Below, in pieces: positions 43,423 to 53,387 of a stretch of 64,000 nt of DNA. Numbering within the stretch: the stretch's first letter is position 1; each line of letters starts with the position of its first letter. This DNA is from Nitrospirota bacterium. GTDB lineage: Bacteria; Nitrospirota; UBA9217. A program made the position numbers and the translations under genes. The notes under the pieces were generated by a model. The model worked only from the letters and a program-made list of their open reading frames with translations, did not search any database and had not been told where the DNA came from. The stretch is from the NCBI GenBank assembly GCA_963845065.1, contig CAWJQQ010000001.1, forward strand, positions 192,001-256,000, written 5' to 3'.

Positions 43423-43895
43423 CAGCTTCACTAGTTCAGCCAACGAGTGAACGAAGGCATGATAAAATGAAACAAGTTAAACTGAACTTTTTGAACACAA
43501 TGAAAATTTGCGTACAAGCTATCTAAAGAGGACAGGAAGCAATAGAGATCAGTTCGAGAAGGTTATTAAGGCCCGCTCACAATGTAGTAGAAAATTAGAG
43601 AAGGTAGAGAAATTTTCTAACGGTTCAGAAACAAGGGCCATGCCCGGTCGGTATGCCATGAATTCGATGAAGAAATATCTTATGAAAAACTCAGTGAATA
43701 GAAGCGATTTTCAACACCCTTGACTAACGGTTTGGATGTTTTCACACATGCGATTTCAAAGATCTATAAAATAGTTGCTCTAGCGTGGTCATTTCCTATA
43801 TGCTAAGAGTAGGGTGACCACATAATTGTTCACTTTCTTTAATGATCGATAAGATGTTTTTCACGCCGGATCTAAGTCTCTTAATGAGGTATAGA

Positions 43896-44477
43896 ATGCG
43901 ACGAATTGTACTTGTGGCCCTGATCTTCCTTCTTGCCGTGACCGTCGCGGCCGAGGATAAGCGGTACGAGGTCCCTATCAATGATTCTCCGGAGACCGGT
44001 CCCGTCAATGCACCAGTAACCATCATCGAATTTCTTGATTTCCAATGACCGCACTGCGTGGCGGTCGGTCCGACCGTCCAAAAAATCATGAACGTCTATA
44101 AGGGGGAAATACGCCTTATCATCAAGAACTATCCCTACTTCTTACGTGACTATGCCAACCTGGCCGCAGAAGCATCGCTTGCGGCCAGGGACCAGGGCAA
44201 GTACTGGGAGATGCACGATCTCCTGATCAAGCGCTCGCCGAAACTCGATCGGGACAGTCTCATTAATTATGCCGGGGAAATCGGGCTCGATGTGAAGAAG
44301 TTTACCGAATCCCTTGATGCAGGGAAGCATGCGCAGGAAATCGAACGTGACAAGCAACTTGCCTATGATCTGGACCTCTTCAATACGCCGACTTTTTTCA
44401 TCAATGGCCGCAAGGTCATCGGTGAACGGCCTTTTACGTATTTCAAACAAATCATCGATGAAGAATTGAAGAGATAA
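43896..44477 (+). CDS. Exported DsbA-like thioredoxin-fold protein, predicted selenoprotein (U51-P-H-C)
   Basis: GPVNAPVTIIEFLDFQ-TGA-PHC joins two track ORFs in frame; AARDQGKYWEMHDLL; cis-Pro NTPTFFING; hairpin GGCGGTCG-GTC-CGACCGTC at 44060-44078. Confidence 0.9.
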
Positions 44478-44601
44478 ATTCAGATAGCCGATTTACAGCA
44501 CGTAGCCGCTTTAAACATATCGTTGTATTCCAGAGGAACGAACACGCTCCGTACTGACTCCTGTTGTAATCCGGATTCGGCATTGAAAGGTCGGACAAAA
44601 C

Positions 44602-45657
44602 ATGTCATTCCGCATATTCGCGTCACTGGGGCTAACGGTTCTATTATCAGGCGCCGCCCTCGCTGGAAACCTTGAGCCGTTCAAGACTGTTCCGGTCCCT
44701 GAACAAAATCCGCAGACACCGGAAAAGATAGAACTCGGGAAAAAACTGTTCTTTGACCGGCGGCTTTCCGGCGACGGGACCATGAGTTGCGCGACCTGTC
44801 ATGACCCGGAGAAGGCGTTTACCGACGGCCTTGCTCTTTCCCTCAGTTACCCTACCACGAGGAATTGGCGTAATGCTCCGACGCTCATCAACGTGGCGTT
44901 TCAGAAATACCTTTTTTTTGATGGCCGCGCCTTGACGCTCGAGGACCAGGCCCTGTTCCCCATGATGTCGGCATTCGAGATGAACCGCAATCTCGATTTC
45001 GTCGAAGAAGTAATCCGCGCCGTGCCCGAATATGCTGATGCGTTCCAGAAGGCATTCGGCGGCGAGCCATCACGGGAACGGATCGCCATGGCCATTGCTT
45101 CTTTTGAACGGACGATCATCTCTGCAAACACTCCGCTTGACCGTTACTTGAGGGGTGACAAAAAGGCCCTGTCCGACGGGTCCAGGAAGGGACTCGTGAT
45201 ATTCATGGGCAAGGGCGGGTGTGGGGAGTGCCACTACGGCGTCAATCTGACCGATGACAACTTCCATGCTTTGAACGTGCCTGAGAACCCCGACCAGCAG
45301 AGCGATTCCCGCATCGCGACTACCAGACGGTACGTGGCCAAGATTTTCCATTACGAAGAGTACCGGAGCCTAACTGAAGATCCGGGCAGATACCTGATCA
45401 CGAAGGACAAAAAAGACTGGAAAGCGTTCAAGACGCCGACGCTGCGCGAAATCGTGAAGACCGCGCCGTACATGCACAACGGGATTTTCAAAACGCTCGA
45501 TGAGGTGATCAATTTCTTTGACAGGGGCGGCGGCAAGGGGAATGCCGTGCTCAAACCGCTTGACCTGAGTACCATGGAGAAGGGATATCTAAAGACGTTT
45601 CTTACCGAAGCATTGACCGGCGAAGAGACTGTTTTCGTGTATCCAAAGATACCATAG
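44602..45657 (+). CDS. Di-haem cytochrome c peroxidase (bCcP/MauG family)
   Basis: Signal peptide; LGKKLFFDRRLS, CATCH, CGECH and FKTPTLR..TAPYMHNG. Confidence 0.92.
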   Translation: MSFRIFASLGLTVLLSGAALAGNLEPFKTVPVPEQNPQTPEKIELGKKLFFDRRLSGDGTMSCATCHDPEKAFTDGLALSLSYPTTRNWRNAPTLINVAFQKYLFFDGRALTLEDQALFPMMSAFEMNRNLDFVEEVIRAVPEYADAFQKAFGGEPSRERIAMAIASFERTIISANTPLDRYLRGDKKALSDGSRKGLVIFMGKGGCGECHYGVNLTDDNFHALNVPENPDQQSDSRIATTRRYVAKIFHYEEYRSLTEDPGRYLITKDKKDWKAFKTPTLREIVKTAPYMHNGIFKTLDEVINFFDRGGGKGNAVLKPLDLSTMEKGYLKTFLTEALTGEETVFVYPKIP

Positions 45658-45844
45658 CACTCTGGGCCTCACCGGGAGGAGGGGGTGCAGGGGTGGCCTG
45701 TGGTGTCATAAAGTAAGAAATGGAACAATCAGTATATCACTTAAACCTCATACCCCGCACACGCGGGGTTTATTTATCTGCTCTCATAAATATTTATTAC
45801 GACATGAAACATTAACTGTAGTCAAGAATGGAAACTTGAATCTT

Positions 45845-45987
45845 TCAGACCTTATGATTAAAAGGTAAGTCCGGCTTAAGGTATATTTTCGTTAGGATGA
45901 ACAAAATACGCCGAAAGGAGACTTACCATGATTAACATTAGCAAACTCGATTTCAGTGGTCAACATCTTTATGTCGGTTTGGATGTA
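45845..45987 (+). mobile_element. IS110-family left-end remnant (structured leader and first 20 codons of transposase)
   Basis: AAGGAG RBS, MINISKLDFSGQHLYVGLDV (YVGLDV DEDD N-terminus), then truncated. Confidence 0.55.
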
Positions 45988-45996
45988 AGGTTGGTT

Positions 45997-46197
45997 TTAA
46001 AGATTTGCCCGTTCAGCGAACAACTCCCGGGAAAGGGACCTTAAAGGAGGGTAGGACGCGAGAGCGCCGATTAGTTTGTCAAGCTTTTCCGTGAAGATGG
46101 TCGCCCGGGCCAGGCTATCACCCGCGATCCAGTCATAGATCGAGAGCAAGTCGTCCCCGGCAACCGGAAGGTAGCGGATCGTGTACTTATTTGACAT
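45997..46197 (-). pseudogene. RelE/ParE toxin, C-terminally truncated
   Basis: YTIRYLPVAGDDLLSIYDWIA..LASYP; overlaps the antitoxin stop. Confidence 0.7.
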
Positions 46198-46456
46198 GGG
46201 CGCGCTGCCGTAGCTTTTGTATCATCTGTGAATGAGTGATTCCCTTTGCACCAGTTGCTGATTGGGACTGCGCCACGTCGAGCTTCTCAAAAAGATCGAT
46301 CTTCGCGTTCATTTTTTCGTAGTGCTCGATGCTCATGACGACCAGGTCGCCTTCACCGTTCGTGGTCAGATAAATCGGCTCGTCCTGATCATGGCAGATG
46401 GAGGCGATCTCCCTGGTTTTATTTCGAAGGCTAGATATGGGCTTGATTATGGGCAT
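46187..46456 (-). CDS. Phd/YefM family antitoxin
   Basis: IKPISSLRN..EPIYLTTNGEGDLVVMSIEHYE. Confidence 0.9.
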   Translation of the reverse strand: MPIIKPISSLRNKTREIASICHDQDEPIYLTTNGEGDLVVMSIEHYEKMNAKIDLFEKLDVAQSQSATGAKGITHSQMIQKLRQRAHVK

Positions 46457-46750
46457 TAGTTGTCTCCTTTTGTTACTTAGGTAATGCTATCACAAAATTA
46501 TGATAAAATAAAGAGCAAATTATGATATTAATGTATTCGTGTAATAAATCCCGAAGGCTGCAAATCCCGTCCAATCCTATCGACCCCTATAACTGTCCTG
46601 ATACCGTCTTGTTGAACTGAAAGCGCTTTTCCCGAGTCATAAGTCCTTGATTTGCTGGTTCGAAAAAGTAGGTTATTTTCACTACTTGAGGTGTTTGATT
46701 TGCCCGAAAGCCACTTGGACAGTATGCACATTAATTAATAGATCAATCTA

Positions 46751-47005
46751 TTAACTTAGAAGTTTATCATAATCCGAGTGATTGCCGGTCCAAAACCAGA
46801 GAACGCCGTCTTGGACATCGATTCCCACTGCCCTGTAATGGAGCCCGATACGGACGGATCGATACATTTTGACTTCTTTGAAATGAAGGGAAGGTTGATA
46901 GGGATTTTCTTTCAGGAGTTCGTAGTTAGTGCAAGCCAGCTCTTGTATGGCAGTGGGGAGAGATTCAAAGAGTGCCTAAAAATCCGGAGAACCAAAGCGC
47001 CTCAA
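46751..47005 (-). pseudogene. Second ParE/RelE-like toxin pseudogene, preceded by an antitoxin C-terminal remnant
   Basis: PSLHFKEV..SVRIGLHYRAVG..LWFWTGNHSDYDKLL with internal stop; upstream AGKLDKLAAKAL segment. Confidence 0.55.
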
Positions 47006-47382
47006 AGTTCCTGACTCTTCTCTCGTTTATGTTCTGATAGCGCCTTTGCAGCCAACTTGTCGAGCTTGCCAGCCTGAAGTATTTATTGAAGTCGAAGTAA
47101 TCAATGCTGCTCTCCACGATGCAATTTCCGAAGTCGCATGGGAGGTGGGTTGCCAGAACTATACGGTCATCTCACCGCTCATCTTCACGAGGGACGAACT
47201 AGAAAATTCGCCGCTCAAGGTCTCGCAGATCGTACAGGTTATTTAAGAGTTCTAAGCCATTGTATTGCTGGGTTGGTCAGAAGGGATGTTGCACCCCTTT
47301 GGGGTTGCGCATCCGAAGTACAGTGATTTAGGTAATTCAGAGCCTCCCGGGTAAACACTCAAGATCTTTGTCGGGCTGTACT

Positions 47383-47721
47383 TCAACGTGATCGCGAGCC
47401 ACCAGAACGCGACTGCGATGGAATAGAAGGAATCGTGCGAGAAGGTGGCGCAGGTCTGTAAGTTCCCCCAGGTCTGTGTCTGTTGCCACCTCCCCCTGCT
47501 GGATGAGGGTGATGGTCACGATGGTCATCGCCACGATACGGCGCCACGTGGTAGCCAGATCCCCAGCCACCATAGATGACACCGGAGGGTTCATAGTAAC
47601 CCGCCCCAATGTCCCCAGCGCCGTAGTATCCGCCATCAGTTACGAAGCAGCCGGGCAACAGAACCATCAACATCCAGAACACGTAAGCGCGCGCTAACCT
47701 GCGTAAGTGTAAGATATTCAC
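47383..47721 (-). CDS. Hypothetical Gly/Pro-rich lipoprotein
   Basis: Lipobox LPGC; overlaps the stop of the upstream VOC gene. Confidence 0.6.
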   Translation of the reverse strand: MNILHLRRLARAYVFWMLMVLLPGCFVTDGGYYGAGDIGAGYYEPSGVIYGGWGSGYHVAPYRGDDHRDHHPHPAGGGGNRHRPGGTYRPAPPSRTIPSIPSQSRSGGSRSR

Positions 47722-48704
47722 TTGGGCACCTCTTTACTCTCAGTGCCCGTCCATTCAAGCAATCCGAAGGGTGCTCCCAAAGGGTCGGCGACCACCGCGA
47801 CCTTGCCGCCGTGGCGATCAATCCGCGGCTCGACCAGCACGCGGCCACCCAGCGCCACGACCTTTGCAGTCATCTTGACCGCATCTTCGACGCGTATATA
47901 ATTGAGCCAGTGGGGATGGGCATTGGGACTATTCGCAGGCAGCGTATTCACGCTCGCACGAGCATAGTTGTCGGACGCGAGCAAGAGATGTTGAGCTCCG
48001 CCCTCGCTAGCGGGCAACTCGAAGACTTCGTAGTCGAATAGCTTCTGGTAGAAAGCAGCATCGGTGTCCGGATCGCTCGTGATTAACGAGCTCCAAATCC
48101 ATTCTCCGGGTGCGGCCAGAACATCGGGCGGATCACCGCTACTGGAAGCGAGGACCGCAAAAACGGCTCCCTGCGGATCCGCGAAGACTGCTTCCCGGCC
48201 ACGGTCAGGGATGCTATGCGGCTCGAACAGCACCTTCGCGCCATTTTGCAAAGCAACCTTTTTTGCTGCGTCGACATCGCCCACGGCGAAGAAGCTCAGC
48301 CACGCTGGCTGTCGATGCTCGCTCGCCGGCAAATTCTTTTGAACCAGTCCTGCGACCGGACGGCCGTCAAGAAATGCCTCGGCGTACGCTGTCCCACCGG
48401 CCTGAATGTCACGAAATGTCCAGCCAAACAGTCCCGCATAAAACTGCTTGGCGGCGGCGAGGTCCGGCGTCACCAATTCAACAAATATAAGTTTGCCGAC
48501 GTGATGCTCTTGGCTGGCGGGCTCAACAATCGCTGGCAGCTGGATCGGTGCGGCCATGACCGGCACAGCACACGCAACACCGAGAAATACGGCGAGCAAC
48601 CCTTGCCTAAGAAAATGTCTGGCTCCCGCAGGCTGCATCCTTTGCGGAGTGATGTGATTTGGGGTTATGAGGTCAATCAGGTTTGAGCTGTGTTGCGGAT
48701 TCAT
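47718..48704 (-). CDS. Exported two-domain VOC/glyoxalase-bleomycin family protein
   Basis: ELVTPDLAAAKQFYAGLFGW, ADPQGAVF and ADPLGAPFGL repeats; start uncertain. Confidence 0.85.
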   Translation of the reverse strand: MNPQHSSNLIDLITPNHITPQRMQPAGARHFLRQGLLAVFLGVACAVPVMAAPIQLPAIVEPASQEHHVGKLIFVELVTPDLAAAKQFYAGLFGWTFRDIQAGGTAYAEAFLDGRPVAGLVQKNLPASEHRQPAWLSFFAVGDVDAAKKVALQNGAKVLFEPHSIPDRGREAVFADPQGAVFAVLASSSGDPPDVLAAPGEWIWSSLITSDPDTDAAFYQKLFDYEVFELPASEGGAQHLLLASDNYARASVNTLPANSPNAHPHWLNYIRVEDAVKMTAKVVALGGRVLVEPRIDRHGGKVAVVADPLGAPFGLLEWTGTESKEVPK

Positions 48705-48921
48705 TGTGGTCTCCACGTTGTACTCATTACTAGAACATCGTAGTCCGAACAAATGATATACGCCGACACCCCGGCAAACATAGTGTCGCAAGCTTATCTA
48801 TGGTTTCCGCTAGTACTATAAGTTTATGAAAAAACTATAGCCATGTCAAGCGAAGGAATTTAATAAATCTCTAAAAATCGCAGGGAAATTCGTGTGATAC
48901 GTAATTGAGTGAATTTTATAA

Positions 48922-49689
48922 TCAGCGGTCGAGAATGAAATTGAACTCGGAGGTTGTCCACTCTTTTGTACTGGTGTTTAGTGACTTCTCGATAAACTTG
49001 ATTTCATCTGTATACTTGATAAATATTACCGTTGAAGATCTCGTTCCGTATAAGGCTGTTGCGATAAGCACTGGTGATAGAGCACGTTCTATTGCAAGTC
49101 CAACCCCCGTATCCGGAAGCAGCTCGTCGGGCGGTTTTGAAGTATCTGAAAGTATATCGAATATATCGGAAGCCGAGATATTTTCATCATTTAAAACTTT
49201 CATGAAGGATGCTTTACTTTTTTCTACTTTGGGCCACGGAGTATCGAGAATATGATTGCTTAATCCATAGATTCCCGGCGAGAGCAGCGCCAATTTCTGC
49301 GTTTGATTTGAAAAGTAGTATAAGTCGGACTGATAGGAGAGTAACAGGTTAAAGCCGTTATAAAGACGACCGTTTTTGATCAAGGCATCAACAAAGTTTT
49401 TGGGAGAATCTCCCCCGGTTAAAAAATCCAATACAAGCTTTCCTCTTGAAGGGGCATCCTTAATGAAATTAGCGGGATTCCGGTAGTTTGTTAGAGCGGC
49501 AAATTCCCCACGTTTGGTAATACCCAGCCATGTTCCGCCTTCTTTAAGATCCTTTCCCGCGAGAAGATCGGGGTGTTCCTTCCAAAATGAAGCAGGAGCA
49601 GTAGGCCGGTTATAAAACTCATCCCGGTTAGCCGCAATTATCATTTTGTAATTGGGATGAGCTTTGTATGAAAGTAGTAGTAAACACAT
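48922..49689 (-). CDS. NRDE/TANGO2 family protein
   Basis: MC N-terminus, AANRDEF, GGTWLG and YGTRSST. Confidence 0.93.
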   Translation of the reverse strand: MCLLLLSYKAHPNYKMIIAANRDEFYNRPTAPASFWKEHPDLLAGKDLKEGGTWLGITKRGEFAALTNYRNPANFIKDAPSRGKLVLDFLTGGDSPKNFVDALIKNGRLYNGFNLLLSYQSDLYYFSNQTQKLALLSPGIYGLSNHILDTPWPKVEKSKASFMKVLNDENISASDIFDILSDTSKPPDELLPDTGVGLAIERALSPVLIATALYGTRSSTVIFIKYTDEIKFIEKSLNTSTKEWTTSEFNFILDR

Positions 49690-49900
49690 GTCAATATTGA
49701 TTTAGTTTTGGTCTATTGGTTTTTTGACTTTCAGAATAATTCGATTGATAATTCCGTCTTAGTCACCCAGTATCAAAGCGCATCCAAGCAATCTCCTAGA
49801 CTAAAAATACCATTTGGTATTCTTTGAATCAGTATATTTCATTTTTTAGATTACTTATACTATAATGATATTATTTTGCCTTTTTCCCTTACCAAACTAT

Positions 49901-51555
49901 CCGCAGAAAGCCCCTGGTTTTAACCATGGGGATGAATGCGGGAACTTTGTTTTTCGGCAATTAGTAGACAAATGTACATCTATGTGGTATATTCAAACAA
50001 CCAATGCCGAATAAACCTAAAACCCCATCTTGTATTCACGAGTTTCAACTCGTAGCGACTCCAAAGGGCAATCGAATGCTCGATGCCCGGCTCGAAGCTG
50101 GCCGTTATCTGTACAATGCCTGCCTTGGTGAAGCGATGAAGCGTCTTACTGCCATGCGGCGATCAGAAAAATGGCTCGTGGCGATCACGAAGAAGAAAAG
50201 CAAGCTTCGCACCAAGATGTTTAAGACAGCCAGAACCCAGGCTGAATATACTGAATACCACCTTCATAACTACGTCGGTACCCTCCGCAATTCCTGCTGG
50301 ATCAGTGAGCATATTGACAGCCTGACCGCCCAGAAGATAGCATCTCGAGCATATAGCGCCGTCGCTGACTACGAGTTTGGGAAGCATGGCAAACCACGTT
50401 TCAAGCGCCATGGCTGGATGTCGTCCCTTGAAGGTAAAAACAACAAATCCGGTATTCGGTGGTGCGATGACCATGTGGAGTGGACCGGCCTTCGTCTCAA
50501 CTGTGTCTTCGATAAGAAAGACAAGTTTGGCGTTCAGACTCATGCACTTAGCCATGATGTCAAGTACGTTCGTCTGGTCAAGAAAACTATCCGCGGCAAT
50601 CCCCGCTGGTTTGCCCAACTTGTGCTTAAAGGCACGGCCAAGATCAAGCGTGAGAACCAGATTGGCACCGAAACTGTCGGCCTTGACATTGGCCCGTCGA
50701 CAGTTGCCGTCGTTGGTGATACCGATGCGTTACTACTCGAATTTTGCCCTGAAGTCGAGATACCGTTTAAACGTATCAAGACCGTCCGGCGCACAATGGC
50801 CAGAAGCCTTCGTGCTACCAACCCGGGCAACTACAACGGAGACAAAACCATCAAAACGGGTAAAAAGCAGTGGGTCTTTTCTGCTCAATACCGTATTCTT
50901 AAAGCTAATCTCGCCGAACTTCAAAGGATCCTTGCTGAAACCAGAAAACGGTCTCATGGCAAGCTCGTGAACAAAGTCCTCACTCTCGGTACCGACATCA
51001 AAACCGAGAAACTGTCGTACAAAGCATTTCAGAAACTCTATGGTAAAAGTATTTCGCGACGAGCTCCGGGGATGTTTATGTCGATGCTTCACCACAAAGC
51101 CGAAAACGCTGGCGGTAAAGTAACCGAGTTTTCTACCCGGAGCACAAAGCTTTCCCAGACATGCCATTGCGGAACAGTAGCCAAAAAATCATTGTCCCAA
51201 AGATGGCATGCCTGCAACTGCGGGGTAAGCACCCAGCGTGATCTCTATTCCGCATTCCTTGCAAAGCATGTTTCTAACGATGTCCTCGACACGAGTCAGG
51301 CTGCCAAAGCCTGGCCGGGTGCAAACCTGCTCCTGGAACGGGCGGTGTTGGGGGTGCAGCATGAAGCGGCAAAGGGTCGAATTCATCCAACCAGCTTCGG
51401 TATCAAGCAAGAGAACACCACGAACCGGAGACAGAGCTGCTCGTCCGTTAAAGGCGGATCAACGACAGTCGAGGCCGACAACGTTCGTATTGTTGCCGGA
51501 GAGCCTGTCGGTACAGCCGCTAGAACCCCCTGGCTTTAGACATGGGGAGTGGTCA
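49901..51555 (+). mobile_element. IS200/IS605-family tnpB-only (IS1341-type) element
   Basis: Left hairpin CCCCTGGTTTTAACCATGGGG; right hairpin CCCCCTGGCTTTAGACATGGGGAGTGGTCA; no tnpA. Confidence 0.85.
50004..51539 (+). CDS. tnpB: TnpB RNA-guided endonuclease
   Basis: GKPRFK; RuvC-I GLDIG, RuvC-II TEKL, Zn finger CHCG..CNCG, RuvC-III QRDLYSA. Confidence 0.9.
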   Translation: MPNKPKTPSCIHEFQLVATPKGNRMLDARLEAGRYLYNACLGEAMKRLTAMRRSEKWLVAITKKKSKLRTKMFKTARTQAEYTEYHLHNYVGTLRNSCWISEHIDSLTAQKIASRAYSAVADYEFGKHGKPRFKRHGWMSSLEGKNNKSGIRWCDDHVEWTGLRLNCVFDKKDKFGVQTHALSHDVKYVRLVKKTIRGNPRWFAQLVLKGTAKIKRENQIGTETVGLDIGPSTVAVVGDTDALLLEFCPEVEIPFKRIKTVRRTMARSLRATNPGNYNGDKTIKTGKKQWVFSAQYRILKANLAELQRILAETRKRSHGKLVNKVLTLGTDIKTEKLSYKAFQKLYGKSISRRAPGMFMSMLHHKAENAGGKVTEFSTRSTKLSQTCHCGTVAKKSLSQRWHACNCGVSTQRDLYSAFLAKHVSNDVLDTSQAAKAWPGANLLLERAVLGVQHEAAKGRIHPTSFGIKQENTTNRRQSCSSVKGGSTTVEADNVRIVAGEPVGTAARTPWL

Positions 51556-51875
51556 GATTATCCAATTAGTATATCCAAAAAATATACAAAAAAATACAGA
51601 TTTGGTATTTTTAACATTGTCTATCCCTTGCTTCCAACTTAAAATGCTAAAAATGGCTCCCAAGTGGAAGTTGGGTATTTCTTTAATATTACGTACCCCA
51701 ACACTTCATGAAACCTACGAACTGCCGCGAAAGCCATGGCTGCTCGTGACAGTCGATGAAAAACAGACCCTTTTCTCTAACGGTCAGTAAGTTAAGCAAG
51801 GACTGCTTCGTCAACTATTTTCATGGTAAGCGCGATGAACAATCGATACAGGAACGGCAATTGACTGATGAGTTT

Positions 51876-52536
51876 CTACAGTCTTCGGATAAATCTGGTG
51901 ACCATGCCGATGAACACCAGGATCCATGCAGCCAGGGCTAGGTAGAAGAAGTAGCTGGAGATGAACAAAAGAGGGGTAAGTCCTGCCACTTTCCCTAATT
52001 GAAATGTGCATGTAGCATACATGCCGAGAGGAAAAACCATGCTCCAATGCTCCACGTCGTAGACAAGGGGAAAACGTTTGTATCCATACCGCCATACATT
52101 CAACAAGAACATATTGGGTATCCACCAAGTCGTCACAGCCCAAAGCGCCAGCGTCATCCACTTGAGTGCGGGCAGTATCTCTTGAAGAAAACTCCAGTAG
52201 CGGGCATGAAGGATAAGCTCGGCTCCTGCCAGAGTGCTGATTGCCGCTGCACCCATATTGATCCAGTAAGGGGGGGGTGAGCTTTTCCGCAGTAAGGCTT
52301 AGGAACATCATGCGGCGGATTATAAGGACAATAAGGAGAAAATAGAGCGCAATTCCTATTCCGTGCATACACGAGGCCACTAGCAACATAGCATTCTGCC
52401 CGCAGGCGAGGTAAGGAGTGAGGAGGATGGTTATGACAGCCGCAGCCTGTGTCCCGACTACGATGCCTGTAGCCATGATAAAGGAAAAATATCCGGGATA
52501 AAAACCAGCCGCTGCCCAATGAAGAATGCGCTTCAT
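51876..52536 (-). pseudogene. SLAC1/TDT (tellurite-resistance/dicarboxylate) transporter pseudogene
   Basis: PGYFSFIMATGIV, MGAAAISTLAG and WSMVFPLGMY; frameshift at the G8 run near 52270; internal deletion. Confidence 0.8.
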
Positions 52537-52924
52537 GATGGAACCGCCGTTATAAGTTGATTGTGATCGTTACTTTCCTGCATCGCAGGTGTCCACTTCT
52601 AATTGAGTCCTAAAATTATCTTCTATGATCCTATGAGCTGGTTATTTTCTCTTCTTTAAGTGTGATGTATTATTGCTCGTGCACCTCCGCAGTACAAGAA
52701 GGAAGAACAGCCCGAAGAATAGGGGCTATGGTCCAAAGTTATAGAAAGCGAATGCAAAAAGCTGATTCGAATTCTGTGCTTTCAGCACGGAAGACCCCTT
52801 TGCGATTTACCTCGTACGATGATTACCAGTTCAGATCATTTCATTTACGACTAGAGGTTCATCACATCCATGATGTTTGATATACTAAAGGTCAACTAAT
52901 CATAACACTCGTGGTCCTCACTCA

Positions 52925-52960
52925 CAAGAAAGGCCCCGAAATCTTTCGGGGCCTTTCTTG
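52925..52960. terminator. Strong hairpin, probable terminator of 52980-53387
   Basis: CAAGAAAGGCCCCGAA / TTCGGGGCCTTTCTTG perfect inverted repeat. Confidence 0.75.
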
Positions 52961-52979
52961 TAAATGAGCAAAAAAAACA

Positions 52980-53387
52980 TCAGCACTGTTCCGTAACAGC
53001 GTCGGCAACAGGCAGCCAGCCCCTAACTTCATGATAGGTTACCGTTGCATCTCTGCTAACATCTATATCTTTCGATGGTTCGCGCTCGTTGCATATTTTC
53101 ACGGTCGTATTCCGGTCAAGAAATATATTCATCCGGTCATTCGGGAAATTACCAAATCCCTCGGAGCGCAATGTCAGTATGCCAATATGGTGAAGATTGT
53201 CTACAGCAACAACTTCACCATTCACGGTTTCATTCTGACCTCCCTGCATGCTTCCTGCAGCTGAAGTTGTGTTTGTAAAGGACATGGTAAAAATCGCGGA
53301 AACGAGTAAGACGAAGAATCCAGTCAAGATACGTGTTGCCTTGTCTGATTTCTTCCTAACTCTCGATTTGTTGGTCATGATCCACAC
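52980..53387 (-). CDS. Exported hypothetical protein
   Basis: AGGAGG RBS, signal peptide, two Cys. Confidence 0.65.
   Translation of the reverse strand: MWIMTNKSRVRKKSDKATRILTGFFVLLVSAIFTMSFTNTTSAAGSMQGGQNETVNGEVVAVDNLHHIGILTLRSEGFGNFPNDRMNIFLDRNTTVKICNEREPSKDIDVSRDATVTYHEVRGWLPVADAVTEQC

Noticed and set aside
46778..47014. Plus-strand 78-aa ORF
   Set aside because: It is the antisense shadow of a ParE-like toxin pseudogene on the minus strand.
50004..51539. Cas12f/type V CRISPR effector
   Set aside because: It is flanked by IS605-type hairpin ends with no CRISPR array or cas1/cas2, so it is TnpB.
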